Virus record (IMG/VR): IMGVR_UViG_3300009095_000041
Span: 1 to 34,194 of that record
DNA length: 34,194 bases
Source of the DNA: a virus
Taxonomy: Duplodnaviria; Caudoviricetes
Direction: 5' to 3' (one strand)
Shown piece after piece: positions 1 through 8,606 of this stretch. Under the pieces are notes generated by a model. That model did no database searches. It was not told where the DNA came from and saw only the letters and a list, made by a program, of their open reading frames with translations. Both the position numbers and the translations under genes were made by a program. How positions within the stretch are numbered: position 1 is the first letter of the stretch; the number at the start of each line of letters is the position of its first letter.

Positions 1-1
1 C

Positions 2-2260
2 CGCAACGCCGCCAGATCGACCCAAAAGCAGGATGCGGCGAGAGCCTTGCTCTCGAACCACTACCTGCTGAACGGCACGTCGTCGGCTCGGATCAATGCC
101 CGCGTCGTCGAGACGTGGCCGGGCTACGAGGTCCCCATCCGTCTCGGATGGCGGGCCATCTTTGACCGGCGACGGCAGCAGGTGGCCTTGCTTCGCAAGA
201 AGCAGGCGGAGATGGCGGTCGGTGGGAGCTACGAGGTATCCCTCGTCAAGGCGTCCATCAAGCGCCGGATCGACAAGGTGCAGGCGGAGTACGACCAGCA
301 CGTCAAGAGCAAGAACGTCAACGTCAACTTCAGCAGCTACACTGCTGCCATCGAGGACCTGAAGCGACGACTCGCCACCATGGACGCCGATGCCGCGACC
401 CTTGCCGACTCCTCGGCAAGCCGGACCGACCGGGCCGCTGCCACCGCACGGTACCAGAGCGTCATCAAGGCGGAGCAGGAACTCATGCAGTCCGAGGTCG
501 AGGAGTTCCGGGACGCGGCGGTCACGGAGTTCAGGAAGCGCCTCGCCAAGCGTGGCGACATGACGGAGAACGGCTACTACGTCCTCGGCGACGACGACGA
601 CGACGGGGACGAATGGTGGGGCGCGAGCTTCACCAAGTCGTTCTACGGCACCACGGGTGGTGCCGCCAGCCGGTGGTCGTCGGCCAGCTACTCCTACGGG
701 ACGTTCGACCGTGACCAGCCGGACCCCGATGCCGAGGAGCCGACGATGTCGGACTACGGTGCCATGGTGGGAGCCGCTGTCAGCGGCTATGACATGGAGC
801 CGGAGGCCGGTCGGTTTGCGGAGCTTGACATGATGGAGCACGCCGACATGGCGATGCGGGTGGCGATGGCCACGAAGCAGTTGCAGATCGACCCGGAACG
901 GGTCAAGGACATGACCGACAAGCAGCTTCGGCGTCTCGCCGAAGAGTATTTCAAGATCCTCGACGAACCGCCGGAGGACAACAGCCAGCAGGGCAGCGGC
1001 GAGGGCGAGGGCGAGGGGGGTGGCGAGGGCGACGAGCAGGAAGATGGCGACGGCGAGGGTGAGGGACAGGGACAGGGTCAGGCTGGGCAGGATGGGCAAG
1101 GCCAGCAGCCTTCGGCTGATCGTGCCCCGTCAATCTCCTCGCTCATGGCGGAGTCCAAGTCCAGCGGGAGCGGACAGTATGGCAGCGACACGCAAAACGC
1201 CGCCCTCGAAGAGGGCGACAAGCAGGGCGGTGGCCCCGACGCCCGGCTCTATCAGGGGGCGGTCGTGTACAAGGTGTCCCGCCGCCAGCGGGAGTTGAAG
1301 CCGCTCGGCAACTACTGTAAGGACAACCCGACATGGCAGTGGGCCATGAACGTCGAGGCTGACGCCTCGGTCGTGGCGCAAACCCTGCGACAGGCGATCA
1401 AGGCGCCCACCATGAAGGATGATTCCCGCCACCAGATCGGTCGGTTCGACGTGCGACAGATCGCCCGCGCCAAGTCCGGCAACCGGGACATCTTCTCCCG
1501 GCGGACCTACCTGCCGGGCGAGGAAGTCAGCGTCGGTTTGCTCGTCGACATTAGCGGGTCGATGAACGACGCGGTTCGGGACGCCGATTCCAGCATCCGC
1601 AAGATCGATGGCTGGGGTCTTGACCGCGCCACCGCCACGGGTCGGACCGCAAATGTCCTGCTGGCGGCACTCGACCGGAACGGGATGCAGTCAGCCTGCT
1701 GGCTGTTCACCAACGACGGGTCGTGGATGGACCTGTGCCACCACTTCCTCTCCCCCGAGTACAAGGGCACCCTGTACGAGAAGAACCTCCGCACGGTGAT
1801 CGCGGAGTCGGGCATCACGACCGTGCAACATGGCCTCGGCGGGGCGGAGTACATCGCCGGGCAGGGTGCCGGGTTGCTGGAAATCAAGGCGTTCAATGAC
1901 GGCAAGGCCGTCACCAAGGAAGCCATGGCGACCCTCGCCATGGGGCCGTCCAACGGCGGCACCCCGCTCGACGAGGCCCTCGACTCCGCCGTCAACATGA
2001 TGGCCCGGCAGGAGACGCACCGGAAGGTGCTCTTCCTGCTGACCGATGGCGGCGGCGGACATCAGGACCGGCAGGTGGAGATCATCGAGCGAGCGGCCAA
2101 GCAGGGCGTGGAGATCATCGCCGTGGCGCTGGACATGGGCGAGGAGGCCGAGGAGTACCTCGGCCACTTCCCCACCTTGCTCACCGTCAAGTCCGACGAG
2201 TCCATCGTGCCGATGGCACGGGAGCTGGCCAAGATCCTCCTGCGGCACAGTCGCCGATGA
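2..2260 (+). CDS. VWA (von Willebrand A / CobT-like) domain protein, probably 5'-truncated at the window edge
   Basis: MIDAS motif LLVDISGSM, GGTPL and LFLLTDG in the C-terminal third, preceded by an acidic G/Q/E low-complexity linker. Frame is open from base 2; the ORF track starts it at TTG 47. Confidence 0.8.
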   Translation, partial: RNAARSTQKQDAARALLSNHYLLNGTSSARINARVVETWPGYEVPIRLGWRAIFDRRRQQVALLRKKQAEMAVGGSYEVSLVKASIKRRIDKVQAEYDQHVKSKNVNVNFSSYTAAIEDLKRRLATMDADAATLADSSASRTDRAAATARYQSVIKAEQELMQSEVEEFRDAAVTEFRKRLAKRGDMTENGYYVLGDDDDDGDEWWGASFTKSFYGTTGGAASRWSSASYSYGTFDRDQPDPDAEEPTMSDYGAMVGAAVSGYDMEPEAGRFAELDMMEHADMAMRVAMATKQLQIDPERVKDMTDKQLRRLAEEYFKILDEPPEDNSQQGSGEGEGEGGGEGDEQEDGDGEGEGQGQGQAGQDGQGQQPSADRAPSISSLMAESKSSGSGQYGSDTQNAALEEGDKQGGGPDARLYQGAVVYKVSRRQRELKPLGNYCKDNPTWQWAMNVEADASVVAQTLRQAIKAPTMKDDSRHQIGRFDVRQIARAKSGNRDIFSRRTYLPGEEVSVGLLVDISGSMNDAVRDADSSIRKIDGWGLDRATATGRTANVLLAALDRNGMQSACWLFTNDGSWMDLCHHFLSPEYKGTLYEKNLRTVIAESGITTVQHGLGGAEYIAGQGAGLLEIKAFNDGKAVTKEAMATLAMGPSNGGTPLDEALDSAVNMMARQETHRKVLFLLTDGGGGHQDRQVEIIERAAKQGVEIIAVALDMGEEAEEYLGHFPTLLTVKSDESIVPMARELAKILLRHSRR
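497..577 (+). repeat. 81-bp exact inverted repeat, copy 1 (partner 11775-11855)
   Basis: GTCGAGGAGTTCCGGGACGCG...GGAGAACGGCTAC is the exact reverse complement of 11775-11855; encodes VEEFRDAAVTEFRKRLAKRGDMTENGY. Confidence 0.95.
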
Positions 2261-2514
2261 CAGCCATCGGGATCTCTGCGGTCGCCCTCCGTCGGAGGGC
2301 GCACCGCAACGCCACCGAGGCCATGGCATGGCTTGCCATGGCTCGGGGCCACAAGGCAGCGGGTCGCCGGGACGCCACCAGCCGGTGCGTCACCGTGGCC
2401 CGTGGCCTGTGGCGGATCGCCCTGATCCTCCGCCGACAGGCGAGGTACCAAGAGAAGGTCTACCAGCGACAGCGCCGCAAGGCGGCGAGAAAGGTGGCGA
2501 CATGCAAACCGTGA
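2257..2514 (+). CDS. small basic hypothetical protein
   Basis: ATGA overlap with the VWA gene stop; 85 aa, Arg/Ala-rich. Confidence 0.6.
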   Translation: MTAIGISAVALRRRAHRNATEAMAWLAMARGHKAAGRRDATSRCVTVARGLWRIALILRRQARYQEKVYQRQRRKAARKVATCKP

Positions 2515-2711
2515 ACGGAACCGACCTGTTGGCCGCGCTGCTGGGGTTTGCGGTGGGCTGGCTGCTGCATCGGTTCCTCTTCCCGAAGGCGCACCCCGTG
2601 GCGCGTCACGACCGGAGCCACGTCGTGGTGCGGGATGTCTACCGGGGCAGCATGCGCCGTGACCTGCTGCAAGAGGCCAAGGCCAAGGCCGCAAAGGATG
2701 GCTGGCAATGA
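2502..2711 (+). CDS. small membrane protein
   Basis: ATG 2502 after AAGGTGG; one hydrophobic segment LLAALLGFAVGWLL; stop overlaps the next ATG. Confidence 0.6.
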   Translation: MQTVNGTDLLAALLGFAVGWLLHRFLFPKAHPVARHDRSHVVVRDVYRGSMRRDLLQEAKAKAAKDGWQ

Positions 2712-3226
2712 CCGACTCGCCCAACCCGTTCCTCCCCCGGTACTACGACCCGAAGGGTCGGCCCGTCACCAGCGAGGAATGGAGCGCCATGTACGAGCAT
2801 GGCAACCGGATCGTGGCCCGTGATGTCATGGCCAACGGGTACGTCGTGAGCACCGTCTGGCTCGGCCTCGACCACGGCGCCGGATGGGGGGACCCACAAA
2901 TCTTCGAGACGATGGTGTTCCGCCGGTACCCCAAGCGGTGGCGCTTGCCCGACGTGCGTCGTCCTCACCTGCTCGACCGACGGCGGATGAACTGGATCGA
3001 GGTGGAGTGTCGACGCTACTCCTCCATGGAGGAGTCCATCGCTGGGCACCGGGAGATTGCCACCGCCTTTCGTGGCAAGCCGCCGCTCAACACCCGCGAC
3101 CACCGGAAGCGAGAGGTCAAGCGTCGCCGCAAGGACATCCAGTCATGGGTGAACATGCAGGTCTGGCGCGAGAAGACCCGGCTGCAAAAGGCGACAGGGG
3201 GTGGCGATGCAAATGCCATGGCCTGA
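2708..3226 (+). CDS. phage hypothetical protein
   Basis: ATGA coupling; VSTVWLGLDH...IFETMVF...RRYSS.EE..GH pattern, recalled from uncharacterised phage proteins (not checked). Confidence 0.7.
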   Translation: MTDSPNPFLPRYYDPKGRPVTSEEWSAMYEHGNRIVARDVMANGYVVSTVWLGLDHGAGWGDPQIFETMVFRRYPKRWRLPDVRRPHLLDRRRMNWIEVECRRYSSMEESIAGHREIATAFRGKPPLNTRDHRKREVKRRRKDIQSWVNMQVWREKTRLQKATGGGDANAMA

Positions 3227-3401
3227 TCCCCTCGTGCAACACCTGCCGGTCGGGCCGACCCCGGACCAGTCCGGCGGCATCGGCCCCATGGATTTCCTCG
3301 TAGCCTACGCCGTGGCGCTGTCCGTCTGGCTCGCCGTCATGTACTCGTTCATGCGGTGGGACACCGCAAAGCAGGACCGAGACTTCACCGACCTAACCTG
3401 A
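3207..3401 (+). CDS. small membrane protein
   Basis: Hydrophobic stretch FLVAYAVALSVWLAVMYSFM; start uncertain (3201/3207/3213). Confidence 0.55.
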   Translation: MQMPWPDPLVQHLPVGPTPDQSGGIGPMDFLVAYAVALSVWLAVMYSFMRWDTAKQDRDFTDLT

Positions 3402-3427
3402 CCACCCCTGACCCGAGGACGTGCAGC

Positions 3428-3757
3428 ATGCCCCGCAAGAAGTCCAAGGCCAAAGGCCCACCGATCCCACCGATCCCCAAGCGCATCCGCAAGAGTCCCG
3501 AGGGGGACGTGGCGACGTTCGAGGTCCATCTAAAGATGCGGTCCGGTGGGGAGAAGACGCCGCCGAAGCGCGTCACCGTGGCGGCCACGTCCCCTGCCGA
3601 AGCCGTCGCCACCGGCAAGCGGTTCGCCCTTGCCTCGGAGTACGTCGTGCTGGTGCGACAGGTGCGACCCGAACGAGGGCCGGACATTCCCGTCATCGAC
3701 GGGAAGCTGGCACTCGACCTGACCGAAGACCCTGACCCGGAGGTACCCGCCCCATGA
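3428..3757 (+). CDS. hypothetical protein (basic N-terminus)
   Basis: GAGGA Shine-Dalgarno upstream of ATG 3428; stop overlaps the next start. Confidence 0.65.
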   Translation: MPRKKSKAKGPPIPPIPKRIRKSPEGDVATFEVHLKMRSGGEKTPPKRVTVAATSPAEAVATGKRFALASEYVVLVRQVRPERGPDIPVIDGKLALDLTEDPDPEVPAP

Positions 3758-4809
3758 AGATGCACCGCACCCACCTGATCTGCGACAAGTGCTGGGCGGA
3801 ACGTCGTCCCGACGACGAGCCGACCCGCATCGCCACGCCCTCGACCGGCGAGAGGATGTTGGGACCCTGCTGCCTTTGCGGGGAACAGACTTCCTCGGGC
3901 ATCCACGTCCGGGCCAAGGCCAGCGACGGCCTGACCTGCAAGGACTCCCCGATCCACAACTCGAAGGACTATCCCCATGTCGGGGTGGTGTCGGGGATCG
4001 ACGAGTCCGATCCGCACGGTCCCTGCCTGAACCCCGACGACCCGCCGGATGACGACGAGGATGACCTGAGCGCCGTGATGGAGGGCATCGAGGGCATCGA
4101 GATCCCGCCCGACGTGCTGGCGCAAATCAAGGACCATGTCCTTGGGGAGTTGGACAACCTCGTCGGGCCGACCGATGGCTGGGTCGAGGGCGCGACGAAG
4201 ATCATCCCGCTAAAGCAGTCTCGCTGGACCCGGCTGCGCCGCTGGCTCACGACGTACACGGGGACCACGCCGCTGGTGTCCAAGCGCGGCTGGCCCACCG
4301 TCCTCCGCAACGACGGCTGGCTCCCGGCGATCATCGGGCGGAGCGTGCATCGGGTGAAGCCACCCCAGTTCAATGCCGAGATCGACGAGATCACCGCCGC
4401 CATGAAGCGGTCCTCCCGGTCGGGCATGAACCTGTGGTGGCTGATGGTCGCGCTGTACTTCGCGACCCTCATCATCGAGGCTGCCGTCGGGTTGGACGGC
4501 GAGGGTGCGGCGGTGGGATGGCAGCGGTTTGCGCTGACCACCTCACGCCTTGCGTACATCTTCGGGCTGTTCGTCCTCGCGTCGGACATGGCTCGTGTCT
4601 CGGCATGGAAGGACACCATTTTCCACGTCATCGGCGTGTCGCTTCAGCGACAGGTGCGGGATGCGGCGGCTCGGGCCGGGGACCGGGAGATGGAGTTGCA
4701 TCGGCGGCGCAAGGCGGCGAAGCCGGTGATGAACAAGATGATCCGGCTGGACTCCACGATGTTCAACCCCGGTGATCCGGGACACGACGACGACTGGAAG
4801 GGGGAGTAA
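3754..4809 (+). CDS. hypothetical membrane protein with N-terminal Cys4 zinc-ribbon-like motif
   Basis: GGAGG SD; CDKC and CCLC pairs, acidic linker, two hydrophobic segments (LWWLMVALYFATLII; LAYIFGLFVLA). Confidence 0.7.
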   Translation: MKMHRTHLICDKCWAERRPDDEPTRIATPSTGERMLGPCCLCGEQTSSGIHVRAKASDGLTCKDSPIHNSKDYPHVGVVSGIDESDPHGPCLNPDDPPDDDEDDLSAVMEGIEGIEIPPDVLAQIKDHVLGELDNLVGPTDGWVEGATKIIPLKQSRWTRLRRWLTTYTGTTPLVSKRGWPTVLRNDGWLPAIIGRSVHRVKPPQFNAEIDEITAAMKRSSRSGMNLWWLMVALYFATLIIEAAVGLDGEGAAVGWQRFALTTSRLAYIFGLFVLASDMARVSAWKDTIFHVIGVSLQRQVRDAAARAGDREMELHRRRKAAKPVMNKMIRLDSTMFNPGDPGHDDDWKGE

Positions 4810-4813
4810 CGTG

Positions 4814-5041
4814 GTGTGGGACGTGATTTCGACGCTGATCCTGCTGGTGATGGCGGTGGCGGTCCTGATGATCCTCGGCTCGCTGGCATGGGGGCTGGCG
4901 CTGTACCTCCTGATGATCCTCGGCTCGCTGGCATGGGGGCTGGCGCTGTACCTGCTGGGTGACGTGACCCCCGCCGACCCGTTCGGCTACCGTGCAAAGC
5001 GGCATGCCGACCTGACCCCTGACGAGGAGGACACCCCATGA
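4814..5041 (+). CDS. small membrane protein with internal 15-aa duplication
   Basis: GGGGAG SD, GTG start; long hydrophobic run; LMILGSLAWGLALYL twice. Confidence 0.6.
   Translation: MWDVISTLILLVMAVAVLMILGSLAWGLALYLLMILGSLAWGLALYLLGDVTPADPFGYRAKRHADLTPDEEDTP
4865..4954 (+). repeat. 45-bp tandem duplication (2 copies)
   Basis: CTGATGATCCTCGGCTCGCTGGCATGGGGGCTGGCGCTGTACCT(C/G) at 4865 and 4910. Confidence 0.95.
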
Positions 5042-5508
5042 CTGACCAGCACCAGACCATTGATGCCACCGACCCCGAGCAGGGCGCCAGCGTCTTCGGT
5101 TCCGCGAGCGCCATGCAGCAGGCCAACCTCCACGCCAGTGCGTTGGTCGACCTGTTCGTGCATGTCGGCGCAAAGGACTACATGGAGTGCGAGGTCGAGG
5201 ACACCGAGACGGGCGAGCGGTTCATCGTCACGGTCCAGCGTGCCAACGGCGAGACGCCAGCCGACAAGGCCGAGCGATACGCCGCCGAGGTGGCGCGGCT
5301 TACCGAGGCGCTGCGGTCGGAGAAGGCGATGCGGTTGGAGGACCTAGAGGATGTCGCCCGCCTAACTGACGAGCGTGACGCCGCGCTCGCGCTGGCGAGG
5401 GAGGCGGTCGGGATGCTCGACGCCGCCGACACGGACGCCATGTGGACCGACGAGGCGGTCGCCCTCCGCGCCAAGCTGGACGCCCTCGCCAACGAGAAGG
5501 GGGCGTGA
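5038..5508 (+). CDS. hypothetical coiled-coil protein
   Basis: GAGGAGG SD; C-terminal heptad-like helix (EVARLTEAL...DVARLTDERD). Confidence 0.7.
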   Translation: MTDQHQTIDATDPEQGASVFGSASAMQQANLHASALVDLFVHVGAKDYMECEVEDTETGERFIVTVQRANGETPADKAERYAAEVARLTEALRSEKAMRLEDLEDVARLTDERDAALALAREAVGMLDAADTDAMWTDEAVALRAKLDALANEKGA

Positions 5509-5990
5509 TGGCAACGCCACGAACACCGAGGAGGCGGAGTAGGCCGAGGGTCAATGGACCATCGGGCACCCCCGCAAAGAGGGCGGTGATTCTCGCCGTC
5601 ACCGGGGGGCGCAACAACTGGGACCGTGAGCGGGTGGACGAGGCGCTCACGGTCCTGCTGGACCGCAACCATATTCTGGCGCTGCACCACGGCGGGGCAA
5701 CCGGCATCGACCAGCTAGCGGCGGAGTGGGCCACGCGCCACGGCATCCCCGTCGTGCCGCATCTGCCAGACTGGGATCTCAACGGTCGGGCCGCTGGCCC
5801 GATCCGCAACTTTAACATGCTCACGGCGGTGCGGGGAGACGCTCAGGACCTTGGTGCCGCGTGGATTCTCGTCGCGTTCACCGGGGGGAAGGGCACTCGC
5901 GACTGCATAGACAAAGCACTAAGTATGAGCTTCATCATTGATGGCCATTATGGTGAGCCGCAAGTCCCGCCACTGCAAAAGGAGGAGTGA
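5508..5990 (+). CDS. SLOG-superfamily (YspA/DUF2493-like) nucleotide-binding protein
   Basis: ILAVTGGR, LHHGGATGID, DWDLNGRAAGPIRNFNML and LVAFTGGKGT motifs; TGATG coupling. Confidence 0.8.
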   Translation: MATPRTPRRRSRPRVNGPSGTPAKRAVILAVTGGRNNWDRERVDEALTVLLDRNHILALHHGGATGIDQLAAEWATRHGIPVVPHLPDWDLNGRAAGPIRNFNMLTAVRGDAQDLGAAWILVAFTGGKGTRDCIDKALSMSFIIDGHYGEPQVPPLQKEE

Positions 5991-6193
5991 TGGGCGATCA
6001 GCGGGCGTGGTGCGACACGCCCGACCCCGAGAACAACAAGCATTGCCTGCCACCAGTCAAATGGTACGGCCCCTGCCACGGCTGCGATGAATACGTTTGC
6101 ACCGCCACACCCCAGCTTCCCGAGTGGCATGGGCGGTGCAAGCACGGGCGAGTCGTCTCGTCTGTCTCTACGAACGCTTTCACGGAGGGGTGA
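5990..6193 (+). CDS. small Cys/His-rich hypothetical protein
   Basis: AGGAGG SD, TGATG coupling; CHGC plus further Cys/His residues. Confidence 0.55.
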   Translation: MGDQRAWCDTPDPENNKHCLPPVKWYGPCHGCDEYVCTATPQLPEWHGRCKHGRVVSSVSTNAFTEG

Positions 6194-6372
6194 TGGCGCA
6201 CCACAAGCGGAAGCGCCCGAAGAACCGCCGGGCTGGGTGCCTGATGTGCAAGCCGCACAAGGCCAACGGCGCGGACAAACGCACCATGCAGGATCGGAAG
6301 GCTGACGAATCGCAAAAGGAGCAACAGCAATGGACTACCGTGACGGCGAAGTCCGGCGGGCGATCTACCTGA
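6193..6372 (+). CDS. small basic protein with CxxC (MAHHKRKRPKNRRAGCLMCKPHK)
   Basis: GGAGG SD, TGATG coupling. Confidence 0.6.
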   Translation: MAHHKRKRPKNRRAGCLMCKPHKANGADKRTMQDRKADESQKEQQQWTTVTAKSGGRST

Positions 6373-6539
6373 CGAAGCGGCTCCGCCGCATGGCCCGGCG
6401 CGTCGAGCAGGACGAAGTCGTCGACATCGACGACCGGCTGAACATCGCGTTGGAGTTGCTCATCGCCGCCAACACCATCGACCGGCTTTTGCAGCGGGCC
6501 ACGCCTGCCGCTAAGTTGGAGGATGCCCCGGTACCCTGA
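6330..6539 (+). CDS. hypothetical protein
   Basis: AAGGAG SD; 69 aa, helical character. Confidence 0.6.
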   Translation: MDYRDGEVRRAIYLTKRLRRMARRVEQDEVVDIDDRLNIALELLIAANTIDRLLQRATPAAKLEDAPVP

Positions 6540-7176
6540 CACCCTCGTGACCATCGACCCCGGCTTGGCCCGACTCGGCTGGGCGGCGTTCGATACCACG
6601 GGCCTGACGCTCCATCCACGGGCGACCCTCCTGCGGGGTCGCCTGTTGCGTTTCGGGTCCGTGTCCTCCGACCCGCACGCGCCCACCGAGGCACGCCTCG
6701 CCAGCATGCTCGACGCCCTCGGCCACGCGCTGGTCCTCGCCCTGCCCGACGCCGACCCCGGCGCCACCGCCGTCATCATCGAGCGGCCCGCCGTGGGCGG
6801 GGCCTACTTCCGCAACAAGCAAATCAACTTTGCGGCCATCGCCTCGGGGATCGCCGACCTGCATTTATCCATTGGCAGCATAGCGGGCTGGGGCATCGCC
6901 TCGGGGTTTGCGGTGGGGTTCCGGCACCCCAACACCATGGGCAAGACCGAACGCTGGGACCGCTGCAAGCTGGCCTTCGGCCCCGCCGTCGCCACGACCA
7001 CCAACCCCGAGGAGCGGGATGCCGTCTGGCTCGGGGTGCAGGTGATGCTGGATGGCCGACGCAAATGGGCCGAGGGTGATGCGACCCCCCGGCCCGATGC
7101 CACCACGCCCGTGCGCCTGAGCGAGCGCGAGCTATCCCGTGCCCTCGCCCCCGATGGCCTTCAAGGTCCACGCTAA
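6523..7176 (+). CDS. ruvC: RuvC-like Holliday junction resolvase
   Basis: LVTIDPG..RLGWA (first acidic residue), VIIERP, EERDA: RNase H-fold catalytic set; GGAGG upstream. Confidence 0.7.
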   Translation: MPRYPDTLVTIDPGLARLGWAAFDTTGLTLHPRATLLRGRLLRFGSVSSDPHAPTEARLASMLDALGHALVLALPDADPGATAVIIERPAVGGAYFRNKQINFAAIASGIADLHLSIGSIAGWGIASGFAVGFRHPNTMGKTERWDRCKLAFGPAVATTTNPEERDAVWLGVQVMLDGRRKWAEGDATPRPDATTPVRLSERELSRALAPDGLQGPR

Positions 7177-8292
7177 GGTCTTCCCTTCACTGTACTCGGG
7201 CGGGGGCGGCAGCGCCCCGGTCTGGATTCTTGCGGCCAGCGCCCCGCTGGCAAGGTCCCGGTCCAGCCGGTTGCCGTAGATCCGCCCGGCATGGATGTAC
7301 AGGTGCATGTCGTGGTCGACCACGTCCCCATCCAACCGATGCTTCACGCACCGTGCCGCCATGACCCGGTCGTCCCGCAAATCTGCCAGCGGCTTCTGCC
7401 CCATGCGGACAAGGCGCATGTCCCCATCCGTGATGCCGGGGAGCAGCGCCTTGTACAGGGTGATGATCGTGTCGGCCTCCTCTTCGAGGGCGCCGGTTTG
7501 CTTCAGGGCTTCGGCGGGCTGGGGGACGTAGTTGCCCAGCACGTCCCGCTCGCCTCGGGAGATTTGCGCGGCGGCGACAATCGGGATCTTGTAGTGCCGG
7601 GCCAGTTCCTTGATCTCCCGGACGCCCTCGTCCATGATCGCCGTCTTGTCCCGGCCCCCACCCCAGTCCATGCGGTGCAGGTGGTCGATGACCACCACGT
7701 CGGCGCTGGCCTCGACCGCCTCGCGTACCCATGTCGCCAGCGACCCCATGCTGAGGCGTGAGTCCGTGGGCATGATCGCCCGTGTCGCCGCCGACGTGAC
7801 CTGCCAGTCCCGGTGCGCCCGGAGCCGGTCCCGTGCATCCGGTGGCAGGTTCGACCACTCCCGGTTCAGCACCAGCTTTGCGGTGAACCCGCACGCCCAT
7901 GCGGCCCACTGCAAGCGCAACTCTTCCGGCGTCATTTCCATCCCGGCATAGACCACGATCCGGCCCTGATCTATCCATGACTGGAAGGCGTTCATCATCA
8001 GGGTCGTCTTCCCGCACCCCGGCCTCGCGCCGACAAGGTGCAGGGTCCCCGGTCGCAGGGGACCCATGGTGCGGTCGACCGTGCTGAACGGCCACCGCAA
8101 AATGTCATGCTCGTCCTGCTCCAGCAGGCGTTCCATCGCCGCGCCCTGATCTGCGGCCATGCGCTGGAGTCTGGCCACGCGCGCCCGCGCCGCGTAGACG
8201 TGCGGGTTCTCGACCATGTCGCGGTCGAGCGCAAGGTTCTCGGCGTCGATGCCGTCGTCAGCCCCGGACGACGGCAGGGGGAGGTCGGCCAC
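7132..8292 (-). CDS. dnaB: DnaB-like (SF4) replicative helicase
   Basis: Walker A GARPGCGKT, GMEM, Walker B VVVIDHLH, IPIVAAAQISR, LKQTGALEEEAD; GTG start after GGGAG. Confidence 0.88.
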   Translation of the reverse strand: MADLPLPSSGADDGIDAENLALDRDMVENPHVYAARARVARLQRMAADQGAAMERLLEQDEHDILRWPFSTVDRTMGPLRPGTLHLVGARPGCGKTTLMMNAFQSWIDQGRIVVYAGMEMTPEELRLQWAAWACGFTAKLVLNREWSNLPPDARDRLRAHRDWQVTSAATRAIMPTDSRLSMGSLATWVREAVEASADVVVIDHLHRMDWGGGRDKTAIMDEGVREIKELARHYKIPIVAAAQISRGERDVLGNYVPQPAEALKQTGALEEEADTIITLYKALLPGITDGDMRLVRMGQKPLADLRDDRVMAARCVKHRLDGDVVDHDMHLYIHAGRIYGNRLDRDLASGALAARIQTGALPPPPEYSEGKTLAWTLKAIGGEGTG

Positions 8293-8338
8293 CCCTGCTC
8301 CCTTCTCGGTGATGGGTGAGTGGTGCGTAAGCCAAGTG

Positions 8339-8597
8339 TCACCAGAGATCCTGCGGGGGCTGCGACATCTGCATCCAGTACCGTGCCCGCTTCGCAAACT
8401 CCTCGGGGCCGATCCGCCACGGCAAGTCGTACATCAGGTGGGCGTTCGTCAGGTACCAGCGCCATGCCGCCAGCCAGTCGGGGTCGTGGGGGTCCACGCT
8501 CCCGGCCTCGACCAGCGGGGCCACGGCATCCCGGAGGCGACGGCGGGTGAAGCTATACCCCACGCTCCACCCGACCTGTTGCCAGCCAGCCAGCCAT
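8339..8597 (-). CDS. hypothetical Trp-rich protein, start ambiguous
   Basis: Open frame fills the gap between the SSB-like and helicase genes; the nearest ATG (8597) is out of frame (see findings). Confidence 0.45.
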
Positions 8598-8606
8598 GAC
8601 CCCGGA

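Noticed and set aside
5900-5990. AT-richer patch as an internal promoter
   Set aside because: No -35/-10 pair with acceptable spacing found on either strand.
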